This document shows, piece after piece, positions 37,886 through 50,070 of a stretch of 64,000 bases of DNA. Numbering within the stretch: the first letter of the stretch is position 1; each line of letters begins with the position of its first letter. The DNA is from Bdellovibrionales bacterium (GTDB taxonomy: Bacteria; Bdellovibrionota; Bdellovibrionia; Bdellovibrionales; UBA1609). Position numbers and translations under genes: made by a program. The stretch is taken from positions 480,001 through 544,000 of the forward strand of contig CBDHDF010000011.1 of NCBI GenBank assembly GCA_965261545.1. The letters are read 5' to 3'. Below the pieces are notes generated by a model. That model made no database searches. It was given only the letters and a program-made list of their open reading frames with translations, and was not told the DNA's origin.

Positions 37886-40800
37886 ATGAGAGAATGAACT
37901 CGACTTCTCCTTCCATTAATATCATGCTTGAATGAGAAAAATACTTTCTCAATGATATCTTTGTTTCGATATAAACTCAATATATTTGTTTTCTTTAAAT
38001 CATGACTATTTGTAATTAATATCATAATACCCAGCGTAGAAGATTCTTCATTAATATTTTCTTCATTTAAAGAAATCTTAAATGGAGTGCAATCAGAGAT
38101 ATTGAGAAACCTTTTTTTATTTCCTAAAGTTTCTTTCATATAGGAACTAGCTTGTTCTTCTGATTTCAAATCTTTCTCAAGAAAGAGTTTCATAAAATCA
38201 AGCAACTCTTTCATTAACACAGATTCCTCATAAACCCTTCTTTCTTTGTCTAAGAAAATATGAGCCGTACAATCAAATCCTCCGATTTTTATTGATTCTT
38301 TGCAATGCGAATAAATTTCCTCATTAAAAGTAAAAGAGCATGATGGAGATTTTATTTTCTCATTTAAAGCCACAGCAAGCTCTCTTGAGAGTTTTGTTCT
38401 AAAACTCATGGGTATCAAATACTTCAATTCCTTACGATGCAGTCCCTTAATATTTTCTACACTAGAAAAACCCTTATCCATAACTAAACAATCTAAATCT
38501 AATTTATAACTTGTTATGATCTCAATAATATTCGATAAAGTTTTGACATCCGGTATACTTCCAGGATAGATTCTGTACGCTATAGGCGTATGAGTTTTAT
38601 TGTCTTCAGATTTCCTACTTATCAGACCTAAGTTTATTTGTTCGAGATTCTCTCCATCTCTGTTGTAACCTTTCTCTAAAAATTCATTATTCATAGAGTA
38701 GGAAGAAAAGGATGTGATGTCAAACATTACCGTACCAGAACCCTTCACTTGATTTATCCATTCGCTAAAGAAAGATTCTATCTTTTTTTGATCTCTCCCA
38801 AGATCACATAAGAGATTGCTTATTTTTTGTGACGACATAAAATTTTTCTTTGAAACATAAGCTTCTTGACACCACATATCGTAAAGATAAAAGGGCTCTC
38901 TTTTGATTATTTTAAAAAAAGCTAAATGCAAATAATGTTCGTAATTATCTGGATAAATTTTAGACAATGTTTTTAGAAGATTTAGTTGTTCGCATATTTT
39001 CTCTAAGAAAAATAAGGCTCCCACATTATAGGAGCCTATGGGAATCTTTTTTCTTTTGGTCTTAATTTGACCTGTAAACTCATCCTTTCTTCCAAGGTAG
39101 ATGCGTTTTTGCCTGGCCTGCTTTTTTTCCTTGTCCCAAAAGCTTTCAACTTTATAGACATAGGTTTTTCCCTTATTTTTTTGCTCAAAAGTGTATGACA
39201 TCGTTAATATTGTAACTATGCTTTTGAAGAGATGACAATCTCTTAATCAAAGTGAAGGCCTTCTCAGACAATAATCAGGACTTAAGTCCTACACCTAGTT
39301 ACAACTTTTAGGGATTTCAGGATGCTATCCATTATGAAATCAAGAATCAGTTTAAAGTTAGGTTTTTTGTAGTCATTTTTTACCAACTGATTCACACTGT
39401 CTTCATCCTCATTTATGCTCATTTGAATCTTTGTATAATTGAAGAGCCAAAAATAAGAATACAGCTCTTGCAATATTCCATTAAGGCTTGTTGAGTGCCA
39501 CTGCTCCATTTTCATTGTCGATGTAAAATCACGAAATGTCGTTTCTATTTCCCAACGACGAGAGTAAAGAGCAACCATATCCTTCTTGTCCAAGGAGCCA
39601 TGCGGAAGATTAGTGGCCAAAACAGAGAACTCCCCAGTCTTTGGGTTTTTATACTTATAGAGATGAATGACCACCCCCTCAATAACCATTTGTGAATACC
39701 AACCTGGGCCATTAAATAAATTTACGATGGGGATAAAAGTAGAGCCTCGCTTACAACGCGCAATAAAGAAGTTACTGGCTTGAGCATGGGCCTTAATAAT
39801 CTCTGTAGATAAATAAAGCCTATCGTAGAGAGTTATGCTATTACTCTCAAAACTACCTATCATTTGAATAGCATTGGCGATTTCGTTGAGAGCGGGAGAA
39901 TAGCAAAGATTCTTTGTCACACCCGATAAAACGTCATAAGCATGAGATAGATACATACGTAAGAAATGAGTTTCCATCTCATTTGGGCAAGGGTACCCAC
40001 AATAACCCTCCTTTAAAAGATCTTTAGAGCGAGGAAGTGCTAATTGGTCGCCATCTATGGCATAGATATAAAAGCCATGAAACGTTTTTCTCAATGGTTC
40101 GTAGTCTGTAATCAGAGATTCAAAGATATTTTTAAAAAATAGGTAAGAAATACTTTGACGTATCTTGCTGAGACTGCTTTTGACTGGCATGAGAAGCAGG
40201 TCACCAAAATGAGTCCATACCGTCTTAAGAGCGATTTGGTAGCCTTCGTAATTTGTTCCGGAAATAAGATAGATAATAGTAAAAAAGAAAATTTGAGGAT
40301 TAAATTTTCGATTCCTTTTTTGTTTTTCTGGATCGACAAGGTGCTCTGGCTTGAAGGAAGAATCAAGTTTTGGTAGAATAAAATGGTCATCTGTGACGCG
40401 AACTCGTCATTTGGGGGCTTTCGAGATCAATATTGGATTGCATGTGACTTACTCCTTGGTTGAGGGTTGGGTGTAAAGAGCCTGTAAACTATTTTGTGTA
40501 ACTGCCGAATCATATTAGGATGAACTATCATCCTGAAAGGAGAAGGCAAAATGGATATCAAGACAATGTGTGCCACGAAGTCACGGAGGTGACATGCTGA
40601 TGTGAAGATGGAGGTAGGTCCTCCGCACTCGGATTTCAGGATTTGAGTGCAAACAACCTTGCTGCTGCATGGGAGGCAAGGCCCTTGTAGTGAGCGAGCA
40701 AGGAAAAGGCCGTAGTAAACGGTCATGTAAGTACTAGGGAGATGAGCGAAAGCAAACCCACCGACGACGCATCGAAAGATTAACAGTCGCGTCAAAACCG

Positions 40801-41250
40801 AAGGAAGGTTGTCTCCGTCGGGATAAGTCTAGAGGAAGCCTGATGACCGATCTAGACGGCGTGCGGTGTATAGGGGGCATGAACCTAGTACAGGCTTCGT
40901 ATCGGAACGTGGGAACCTGCTGGTGGATGATAAGGGAAACGCTATAAGGGAGACCCCCGAAGTGCTAAATACCGATGCCACCAACCAGGGGCAGAGTGAT
41001 TCGTAGTAGTGATGAAGTTCTTGTAATGAGAATGGAGCGAAGGGGTCACATGATTTATGGAAGTAGTCAGGCCACATAGGTGTTCGTGGTTTTTTTCTAA
41101 TTTTAATTCCGAATTAATGGAAATACTTTTCAAGCCTCCTTTTTTACATAGAGGGAAGTGGGCGATTTATAAATATTTATAGATGGTATTTTGAGAAATG
41201 GACGCAGATTGACATTTGATATCCACGACAAGCCATGTGTTTTAAGAGAC

Positions 41251-41714
41251 TTAATTGTGTAACGAAAGAACTGTGGACTTTTGGGAACAACAGAATTTAA
41301 ATTTCTTTCCACTTCCGCATGGACAGGATTGATTTCTTTCAATTTTTTCGCTTTGGTCATTTTTCTGCTGTGATGCCGACATATCTTCAGTTACAATTTT
41401 TTTTTCTTTTCATCTTCCAAATCCTCATGCAAATTATCAAAAAGAATATCTCCTAGATTCTGGTGAAAGTAACGATTTTTAAATTGAGATATGAGCATCA
41501 TAAAAATACATGTAAGAACCAAAAGTGTGAGTGAAGCAAAAAACAAATAAGATGCTTGCATCTGAGTTAATGGGAGGATGAGTGCCAGTAAATAACCAAA
41601 TCCAAATACCAATAAGGAAATAAAAAGAGATATAAAGGATCCCAAAGAAAGTAATATTAAAAGTCCAAAAATCATTGCTATTTTTTGCTCCTGTCGAATA
41701 CAATGAATCCGCAT
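41251..41714 (-). pseudogene. Passenger membrane protein with C-terminal SEC-C motif, frameshifted
   Basis: One base shorter than copy 2 in the poly-T tract near 41405, which disconnects GRNQSCPCGSGKKFKFCC. Confidence 0.75.
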
Positions 41715-42915
41715 AGATACAAGTGAGTTATCTACAGACTTAATGATTCTCGCGTTAGTATCTTAATAGGTCAAGATTAATTGGAGGAAATTTTTATTTT
41801 TTAAACGCAGGGGGCAAATATGAGCACGGAAGCTCAAACACTTAAAACGATCAAAAAATGTTTCAAGAAAGTTATTCCTGAAAAGGACTCTCGGGCAACC
41901 ATTCCACCTCTTGAGTTTATTGTGGCTCTTGTCTTGTCATTCCAGGGAGACTCTAAGACATATTCAATAGAGGGGATTAGGAGGTTTATGATAAGTCATT
42001 TAGGGTTAAGAATTGAAAGACACAGCTTCTGGGAAAGACTCTCTAGAAAAAGATTAAAAAAGCTTCTGAGTAAACTGGTTGAAATGCTCATGATAAAGCT
42101 ATCTCATGGAGCTTTTCATGGGAGCAAAGCCATATTATTACAACTGGGAGTCTCAGACGTTCTTCTTGTTGACTCAAGCACAATAAGCCTTTGGGATGGA
42201 GCATCTGAGAATTTTCCAGGGACAAGAACAAACGCAGGAATTAAATGGCACGCTTGTTTCAGTTTATTCAGTGGTATAATGACTTGGTTCGAATTAACTC
42301 CGTCTTCCACTAACGATAGGAAGTGCTTTCCTGATATAAAGGAACTCGTTGGAAAATTAGTCATCTTTGATTTGGGATATTGGGACTATGGCTTATTGTC
42401 ATCTATTCATGAAGCTAAAGGATTTTTCTTGTCTAGAGTGAAGTCAAATGCCTCTATTCTTATTGATGCTGTTGTTGAAGGTTTGCCAGATTACTATGTT
42501 GGAAAAGAGTTCTCTGATATTAAACTCAAGAAAAAAAACGATGTTGTTGAATTTATAGGCAGTGTCTTGTCCAATGGTAAATGGGTAAGTTTGAGAATTG
42601 TAGGCTTCTGGAATTCCTCCGAAAAACGCTATCATTGGTATTGCACGAATTTAGATGTGGCAGCGGAGTCCATATATCCAATTTATCGTTTACGTTGGCA
42701 ATGTGAACTTATTTTCAAATCTTGTAAGAATTCTTTGAATGCAAATCAGATCACCTCAAACGATCAAAATATCATAGAGAGTCTTCTTCTTGCTTCATTA
42801 GCGGCTCACCTCACATCAAGTGTTGTTTTGAGGATAGGAAGAACTAAACTCAATAAGGAACAAAATGACTCCACATCGTTTCAAAGAGTTGCTAAGGTTA
42901 CCGTCTTATTAGCCT

Positions 42916-44814
42916 CCTGAAATCCCTAAAAGTTGTAACTAGGTGTAGGACTTAAGTCCTGATTATTGTCTGAGAAGGCCTTCACTTTGATTAAGAGATT
43001 GTCATCTCTTCAAAAGCATAGTTACAATATTAACGATGTCATACACTTTTGAGCAAAAAAATAAGGGAAAAACCTATGTCTATAAAGTTGAAAGCTTTTG
43101 GGACAAGGAAAAAAAGCAGGCCAGGCAAAAACGCATCTACCTTGGAAGAAAGGATGAGTTTACAGGTCAAATTAAGACCAAAAGAAAAAAGATTCCCATA
43201 GGCTCCTATAATGTGGGAGCCTTATTTTTCTTAGAGAAAATATGCGAACAACTAAATCTTCTAAAAACATTGTCTAAAATTTATCCAGATAATTACGAAC
43301 ATTATTTGCATTTAGCTTTTTTTAAAATAATCAAAAGAGAGCCCTTTTATCTTTACGATATGTGGTGTCAAGAAGCTTATGTTTCAAAGAAAAATTTTAT
43401 GTCGTCACAAAAAATAAGCAATCTCTTATGTGATCTTGGGAGAGATCAAAAAAAGATAGAATCTTTCTTTAGCGAATGGATAAATCAAGTGAAGGGTTCT
43501 GGTACGGTAATGTTTGACATCACATCCTTTTCTTCCTACTCTATGAATAATGAATTTTTAGAGAAAGGTTACAACAGAGATGGAGAGAATCTCGAACAAA
43601 TAAACTTAGGTCTGATAAGTAGGAAATCTGAAGACAATAAAACTCATACGCCTATAGCGTACAGAATCTATCCTGGAAGTATACCGGATGTCAAAACTTT
43701 ATCGAATATTATTGAGATCATAACAAGTTATAAATTAGATTTAGATTGTTTAGTTATGGATAAGGGTTTTTCTAGTGTAGAAAATATTAAGGGACTGCAT
43801 CGTAAGGAATTGAAGTATTTGATACCCATGAGTTTTAGAACAAAACTCTCAAGAGAGCTTGCTGTGGCTTTAAATGAGAAAATAAAATCTCCATCATGCT
43901 CTTTTACTTTTAATGAGGAAATTTATTCGCATTGCAAAGAATCAATAAAAATCGGAGGATTTGATTGTACGGCTCATATTTTCTTAGACAAAGAAAGAAG
44001 GGTTTATGAGGAATCTGTGTTAATGAAAGAGTTGCTTGATTTTATGAAACTCTTTCTTGAGAAAGATTTGAAATCAGAAGAACAAGCTAGTTCCTATATG
44101 AAAGAAACTTTAGGAAATAAAAAAAGGTTTCTCAATATCTCTGATTGCACTCCATTTAAGATTTCTTTAAATGAAGAAAATATTAATGAAGAATCTTCTA
44201 CGCTGGGTATTATGATATTAATTACAAATAGTCATGATTTAAAGAAAACAAATATATTGAGTTTATATCGAAACAAAGATATCATTGAGAAAGTATTTTT
44301 CTCATTCAAGCATGATATTAATGGAAGGAGAAGTCGAGTTCATTCTCTCATGAATATGAGGGGAAGCATCTTTATTAATTTTCTCTCTTGAATTTTAATT
44401 TCACATATTGATACTGTTATGAAAGATAAGAAGTTATATAAAAAAATGTCTAAAATAGAAATTTACAAAATGATGGACCGATTAAAATTTTATGAATTAG
44501 CTACAGGTGATCTGATGCTTGGAGAGCTGTCTAAAAAACAAAAGGATATTTTTTCAGCCTTCCAAATAGATGGGCTTCCCAAGACAAAATGATGTTTTTT
44601 ATCTGTTTCAAATGTGACGGTGGCTGTGGCTACCACTATGCCTCATCTATCCAATGGGGACGAAGAGGACCTTTCGCAGCAAATTCTTATGAATCATATT
44701 AAATATATTAATACTATTAAACCTCTCAAACCGTTGACAGCAGCCAATTCCATAGGAAGAGAGGAAAGTTAACGCAATACATTAAACCTAGTTACAACTT
44801 TTAGGGATTTCAGG
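42916..44814 (+). mobile_element. IS1634-family element copy 2
   Basis: 29-bp TIRs; 6-bp TSD TAGCCT. Confidence 0.93.
43036..44592 (+). pseudogene. IS1634 transposase with a nonsense codon
   Basis: TTA in the other copies is TGA at 44389-44391; the frame continues to 44592. Motifs FDITS, GYNRDG, DKGF, IEKVF. Confidence 0.85.
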
Positions 44815-45125
44815 TAGCCTCTGATTTTATCAAATATCTCCTAAGCTCATCTCAAAAGTATTTAAATATTTTGATAGAGAAGATCAAGATATTCTCCCAT
44901 GAAATTTATGACACAAACTACCGACGGCGAAAAACATCAATGAATATGGCTAAAAAGGTCTTGCTATGAAAGAATTAAAAACCACGAACACCTATGAGTC
45001 AGGCCAACTTGGTTATGCTGAGGAGGAGCCTAATGAAACGGAAAATCATAGGAGCCGTGTGAGGGGAGACTTTCAAGCACGGTTCTGTGAGGGGCAGTGG
45101 GGGAAGTTCCCACTGCCTACTCGAT

Positions 45126-45747
45126 GTGTGCCACGAAGTCACGGAGGTGACATGCTGATGTGAAGATGGAGGTAGGTCCTCCGCACTCGGATTTCAGGAT
45201 TTGAGTGCAAACAACCTTGCTGCTGCATGGGAGGCAAGGCCCTTGTAGTGAGCGAGCAAGGAAAAGGCCGTAGTAAACGGTCATGTAAGTACTAGGGAGA
45301 TGAGCGAAAGCAAACCCACCGACGACGCATCGAAAGATTAACAGTCGCGTCAAAACCGAAGGAAGGTTGTCTCCGTCGGGATAAGTCTAGAGGAAGCCTG
45401 ATGACCGATCTAGACGGCGTGCGGTGTATAGGGGGAACCTAGTACAGGCTTCGTATCGGAACGTGGGAACCTGCTGGTGGATGATAAGGGAAACGCTATA
45501 AGGGAGACCCCCGAAGTGCTAAATACCGATGCCACCAACCAGGGGCAGAGTGATTCGTAGTAGTGATGAAGTTCTTGTAATGAGAATGGAGCGAAGGGGT
45601 CACATGATTTATGGAAGTAGTCAGGCCAACTTGGTTATGCTGAGGAGGAGCCTAATGAAACGGAAAATCATAGGAGCCGTGTGAGGGGAGACTTTCAAGC
45701 ACGGTTCTGTGAGGGGCAGTGGGGGAAGTTCCCACTGCCTACTCGAT
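45126..45747 (+). ncRNA. ORF-less group IIB intron copy 2 (622 nt)
   Basis: Starts GTGTG immediately after copy 1; ends ACTCGAT before exon AGGCAAG; lacks 4 nt relative to copy 1 near 45435. Confidence 0.92.
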
Positions 45748-46031
45748 AGGCAAGGAACTAGCGAAGAACGTCAAGACCCAAAAGGATTTATCCGACATAA
45801 CGGGTCAACTGATGAAGGTTGTTTTAGAGACAGCTCTTAATGCGGAAATGGACGATCACCTAGGTTATGAGAGGCATGAGAAGTCTGAGACCCGCAAATC
45901 CAACACTCGCAATGGTTACAGTAGAAAGACCATAAAGGGAGAGAAAGGCGAGGTGGAGCTTCAGGTCCCCCGTGACCGAAGTGCCTCCTTTGAGCCCCAA
46001 GTCATTCCCAAGGGTAAGACTCGTCTTGAGG

Positions 46032-47448
46032 CAATGCCGTTTCCTTAAGCCACCACACCCCTCTGCCTCTGCGTTAAGCTATTTCTTTTAAAAGAACTCC
46101 CAGCCCTTTTGATAGACCTTTCATAGCTTCTTTTGAAGTGCCTCCTCTTCTCCATTGAAATCTTCATCAGCAACTTTATCTGCTTCCTAAATTTCTGATA
46201 GAGCCCCGCAACAAAAAGAGGGATGCTATCCATTATGAAATCAAGAATCAGTTTAAAGTTAGGTTTTTTGTAGTCATTTTTTACCAACTGATTCACACTG
46301 TCTTCATCCTCATTTATGCTCATTTGAATCTTTGTATAATTGAAGAGCCAAAAATAAGAATACAGCTCTTGCAATATTCCATTAAGGCTTGTTGAGTGCC
46401 ACTGCTCCATTTTCATTGTCGATGTAAAATCACGAAATGTCGTTTCTATTTCCCAACGACGAGAGTAAAGAGCAACCATATCCTTCTTGTCCAAGGAGCC
46501 ATGCGGAAGATTAGTGGCCAAAACAGAGAACTCCCCAGTCTTTGGGTTTTTATACTTATAGAGATGAATGACCACCCCCTCAATAACCATTCGTGAATAC
46601 CAACCTGGGCCATTAAATAAATTTACAATGGGGATAAAAGTAGAGCCTCGCTTACAACGCGCAATAAAGAAGTTACTGGCTTGAGCATGGGCCTTAATAA
46701 TCTCTGTAGATAAATAAAGCCTATCGTAGAGAGTTATGCTATTACTCTCAAAACTACCTATCATTTGAATAGCATTGGCGATTTCGTTCAGAGCGGGAGA
46801 ATAGCAAAGATTCTTTGTCACACCCGATAAAACGTCATAAGCATGAGATAGATACATACGTAAGAAATGAGTTTCCATCTCATTTGGGCAAGGGTACCCA
46901 CAATAACCCTCCTTTAAAAGATCTTTAGAGCGAGGAAGTGCTAATTGGTCGCCATCTATGGCATAGATATAAAAACCATGAAACGTTTTTCTCAATGGTT
47001 CGTAGTCTGTAATCAAAGATTCAAAGATATCTTTGAAAAATAGGTAAGAAATACTTTGACGTATCTTGCTGAGACTGCTTTTGACTGGCATGAGAAGCAG
47101 GTCACCAAAATGAGTCCATACCGTCTTAAGAGCGATTTGGTAGCCTTCGTAATTTGTTCCGGAAATAAGATAGATAATGGTAAAAAAGAAAATTTGAGGA
47201 TTAAATTTTCGATTCCTTTTTTGTTTTTCTGGATCGACAAGGTGCTCTGACTTGAAGGAAGAATCAAGTTTTGGTAGAATAAAATGGTCATCTGTGACGC
47301 GAACTCGTCATTTGGGGGCTTTCGAGATCAATATTGGATTGCATGTGACTTACTCCTTGGTTGAGGGTTGGGTGTAAAATAAAACAAGTCTTATTCTTGT
47401 CGATTTATCTAATAATTTCAAGAGATTTTTCTTAAGGAAACGGCATTG
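46032..47448 (-). mobile_element. IS4-family element A, full-length copy (1417 bp)
   Basis: 18-bp perfect TIR CAATGCCGTTTCCTTAAG; 10-bp TSD CGTCTTGAGG. Confidence 0.95.
46045..47091 (-). CDS. IS4-family DDE transposase (frame stays open upstream to ~47305)
   Basis: AIDG, YDRLY and YSRRWEIETTFR (IS4 YREK-type motif). Confidence 0.9.
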   Translation of the reverse strand: MPVKSSLSKIRQSISYLFFKDIFESLITDYEPLRKTFHGFYIYAIDGDQLALPRSKDLLKEGYCGYPCPNEMETHFLRMYLSHAYDVLSGVTKNLCYSPALNEIANAIQMIGSFESNSITLYDRLYLSTEIIKAHAQASNFFIARCKRGSTFIPIVNLFNGPGWYSRMVIEGVVIHLYKYKNPKTGEFSVLATNLPHGSLDKKDMVALYSRRWEIETTFRDFTSTMKMEQWHSTSLNGILQELYSYFWLFNYTKIQMSINEDEDSVNQLVKNDYKKPNFKLILDFIMDSIPLFVAGLYQKFRKQIKLLMKISMEKRRHFKRSYERSIKRAGSSFKRNSLTQRQRGVVA

Positions 47449-49061
47449 CGTCTTGAGGGCTTTGAAGACAGTATCCTGACCCTCTATGCGAGGGGAATGA
47501 CGACCAGGGATATTCAAGGAGCTATCAAAGACCTCTACCATGGTGCAGAGATATCCCACTCAGTGATAGCCAACGTGACGGATGCTGTTATTGATGAAGT
47601 TACGGCTTGGCAGAACCGCCCCTTGGATAGCACTTACCCTATCGTATTTTTGGACTGTATCGTGGTGAAGGTCCATCAAGACAAGAGAGTTATTAATAAG
47701 GCGATTTACCTAGCTCTTGGTATTACAGAGGAGGGTCAGAAAGACTTGTTGGGCCTATGGATTTCTGAAAATGAGGGTTCAAAGTTTTGGTTGAGTGTTT
47801 TGACTGAGCTGCAAAATCGAGGGTTGAAAGACGTATTTATATTTTCTGTAGATGGTCTTACAGGTTTTCCTCAAGCCATTTCAGCGGCTTTTCCCAAGTC
47901 TAAAGTACAACTGTGCATTGTCCATATGGTCCGCAATTCCCTTCGCTATGTCCCTTCCAAGGATATGAAAGCTGTCGCCCAAGACCTCAAGTCCATTTAT
48001 GGCTCTACGACTCTGACAGAAGCTGAAAAGGCCCTTGAGGAATTTTGTACCAAGTGGTCTTCAAAGTATCCGAATATTGAAAAGTCTTGGCGTAGGAATT
48101 GGGACAATCTCATCACTATTTTCGATTATCCGGATGAAATCAGAAAGATTTTTTATACCACAAACGCCATAGAGTCGTTAAATAGCGTGATCCGCAAGGC
48201 GATCAGAAATCGTAAGATATTTCCCAGTGATCGGTCGGCTTTAAAAGTTGTATATTTAGCGATAAAAATGGCCTCTAAGCGATGGACACGACCATTACAC
48301 AACTGGAAGCCAGCCATGAACAGGTTTGCCATTGAATACGGTGACCGTTTTGACAACTAAGTTTTTTAATAAGGTCCACCACCTGCCTTATAAGGGGGCT
48401 TAAAAGCCCCTCTAAGGCGTTGACAGAAGTACTGGAATACCGAGACTATGGTTAGGGTAATATAGTATGGGAACCTAAATACATGCCCTCTTGGTGCAGA
48501 TTTGGGTTCCCATTTTTTTTCATATTTCATCCCAATTCTGGTATTTCTCGAATATCCTAAGTTAAAAAAAATAAAAAAAAGGGGGTAATATAGTATGGGA
48601 ACCTAAACACATGAACCCTTTGATGAGATTGGAATTTCCATTTTTTTGAGAGAGCCATTGCTGATTTTTTTTCAACCAAGATGATAATTATTTATTTGAG
48701 TTCTTTCCAGTTCTGATATGATCCCATTACGGCTCCATAATACAATCAAAAGTCCAGAGTAACTAAAGAGGCCAATTATATAGACCAGCGAAGATGTCCA
48801 CCTCCCCATTAACTTATAATGCATTGTGACTGACAAAATCGCTTGAAGGAAAAAATGTCAATTATACATTGACGAATAATATGGGACTGTGCTTTTTACC
48901 AGGAGTGGAGCCACATAAGTGGCTTTAAGATTTAAGAAAAAAATTGCAGTTACACAATTATTTTTACAGTCCCGGTGTAAAATAAAACAAGTCTTATTCT
49001 TGTCGATTTATCTAATAATTTCAAGAGATTTTTCTTAAGGAAACGGCATTGACCCTTAACC

Positions 49062-50070
49062 CAATGCCGTTTCCTTAAGCCACCACACCCCTCTGCCTCT
49101 GCGTTAAGCTATTTCTTTTAAAAGAACTCCCAGCCCTTTTGATAGACCTTTCATAGCTTCTTTTGAAGTGCCTCCTCTTCTCCATTGAAATCTTCATCAG
49201 CAACTTTATCTGCTTCCTAAATTTCTGATAGAGCCCCGCAACAAAAAGAGGGATGCTATCCATTATGAAATCAAGAATCAGTTTAAAGTTAGGTTTTTTG
49301 TAGTCATTTTTCACCAACTGATTCACACTGTCTTCATCCTCATTTATGCTCATTTGAATCTTTGTATAATTGAAGAGCCAAAAATAAGAATACAGCTCTT
49401 GCAATATTCCATTAAGGCTTGTTGAGTGCCACTGCTCCATTTTCATTGTCGATGTAAAATCACGAAATGTCGTTTCTATTTCCCAACGACGAGAGTAAAG
49501 AGCAACCATATCCTTCTTGTCCAAGGAGCCATGCGGAAGATTAGTGGCCAAAACAGAGAACTCCCCAGTCTTTGGGTTTTTATACTTATAGAGATGAATG
49601 ACCACCCCCTCAATAACCATTCGTGAATACCAACCTGGGCCATTAAATAAATTTACAATGGGGATAAAAGTAGAGCCTCGCTTACAACGCGCAATAAAGA
49701 AGTTACTGGCTTGAGCATGGGCCTTAATAATCTCTGTAGATAAATAAAGCCTATCGTAGAGAGTTATGCTATTACTCTCAAAACTACCTATCATTTGAAT
49801 AGCATTGGCGATTTCGTTGAGGGCGGGAGAATAGCAAAGATTCTTTGTCACACCCGATAAAACGTCATAAGCATGAGATAGATACATACGTAAGAAATGA
49901 GTTTCCATCTCATTTGGGCAAGGGTACCCACAATAACCCTCCTTTAAAAGATCTTTAGAGCGAGGAAGTGCTAATTGGTCGCCATCTATGGCATAGATAT
50001 AAAAACCATGAAACGTTTTTCTCAATGGTTCGTAGTCTGTAATCAGAGATTCAAAGATATTTTTAAAAAA
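49062..50070 (-). mobile_element. IS4-A copy truncated on its 5' side
   Basis: Right TIR at 49062; identity with the full copy ends at ~50070. Confidence 0.9.

Larger units (their letters stand above)
35526..39321 (-). mobile_element. IS1634-family element copy 1, transposase split by IS256
   Basis: 29-bp perfect TIR CCTGAAATCCCTAAAAGTTGTAACTAGGT; 6-bp TSD ATGCTA; transposase 39201-37886 plus 35996-35748. Confidence 0.9.
41075..44996 (+). mobile_element. IS4-family element D copy 1, with passenger gene; transposase split by IS1634
   Basis: TIR CATAGGTGTTCGTGGTTTTT; 10-bp TSD AGTCAGGCCA; transposase 41820-42915 plus 44821-44969. Confidence 0.9.
40568..45125 (+). ncRNA. ORF-less group IIB intron copy 1 (~626 nt), with a 3.9-kb IS insertion in domain IV
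   Basis: 5' GTGTG; DV GAGCCGTGTGAGGGGAGACTTTCAAGCACGGTTC; DVI ending CCTACTCGAT; EBS1 loop GTTGTC pairs with exon GACAAT. Confidence 0.9.
40478..48973 (+). mobile_element. IS256 copy 2, interrupted by two group II introns and by IS4-A
   Basis: Same IRs; 8-bp TSD GGTGTAAA; transposase pieces 40551-40567, 45748-46031 and 47459-48360. Confidence 0.92.
35425..49051 (-). mobile_element. Disrupted IS4-family element A: pieces 35425-35525, 39322-40477 and 48974-49051, hosting nested insertions
   Basis: Pieces match the intact copy 46032-47448 and are joined by TSDs ATGCTA and GGTGTAAA. Confidence 0.85.

Noticed and set aside
40427..41133. Minus-strand ORFs 40427..40795, 40829..41077 and 40942..41133 (also 45117..45353 and 44966..45163)
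   Set aside because: They are shadows of the group II intron RNA and IS junctions, with no RT motifs.
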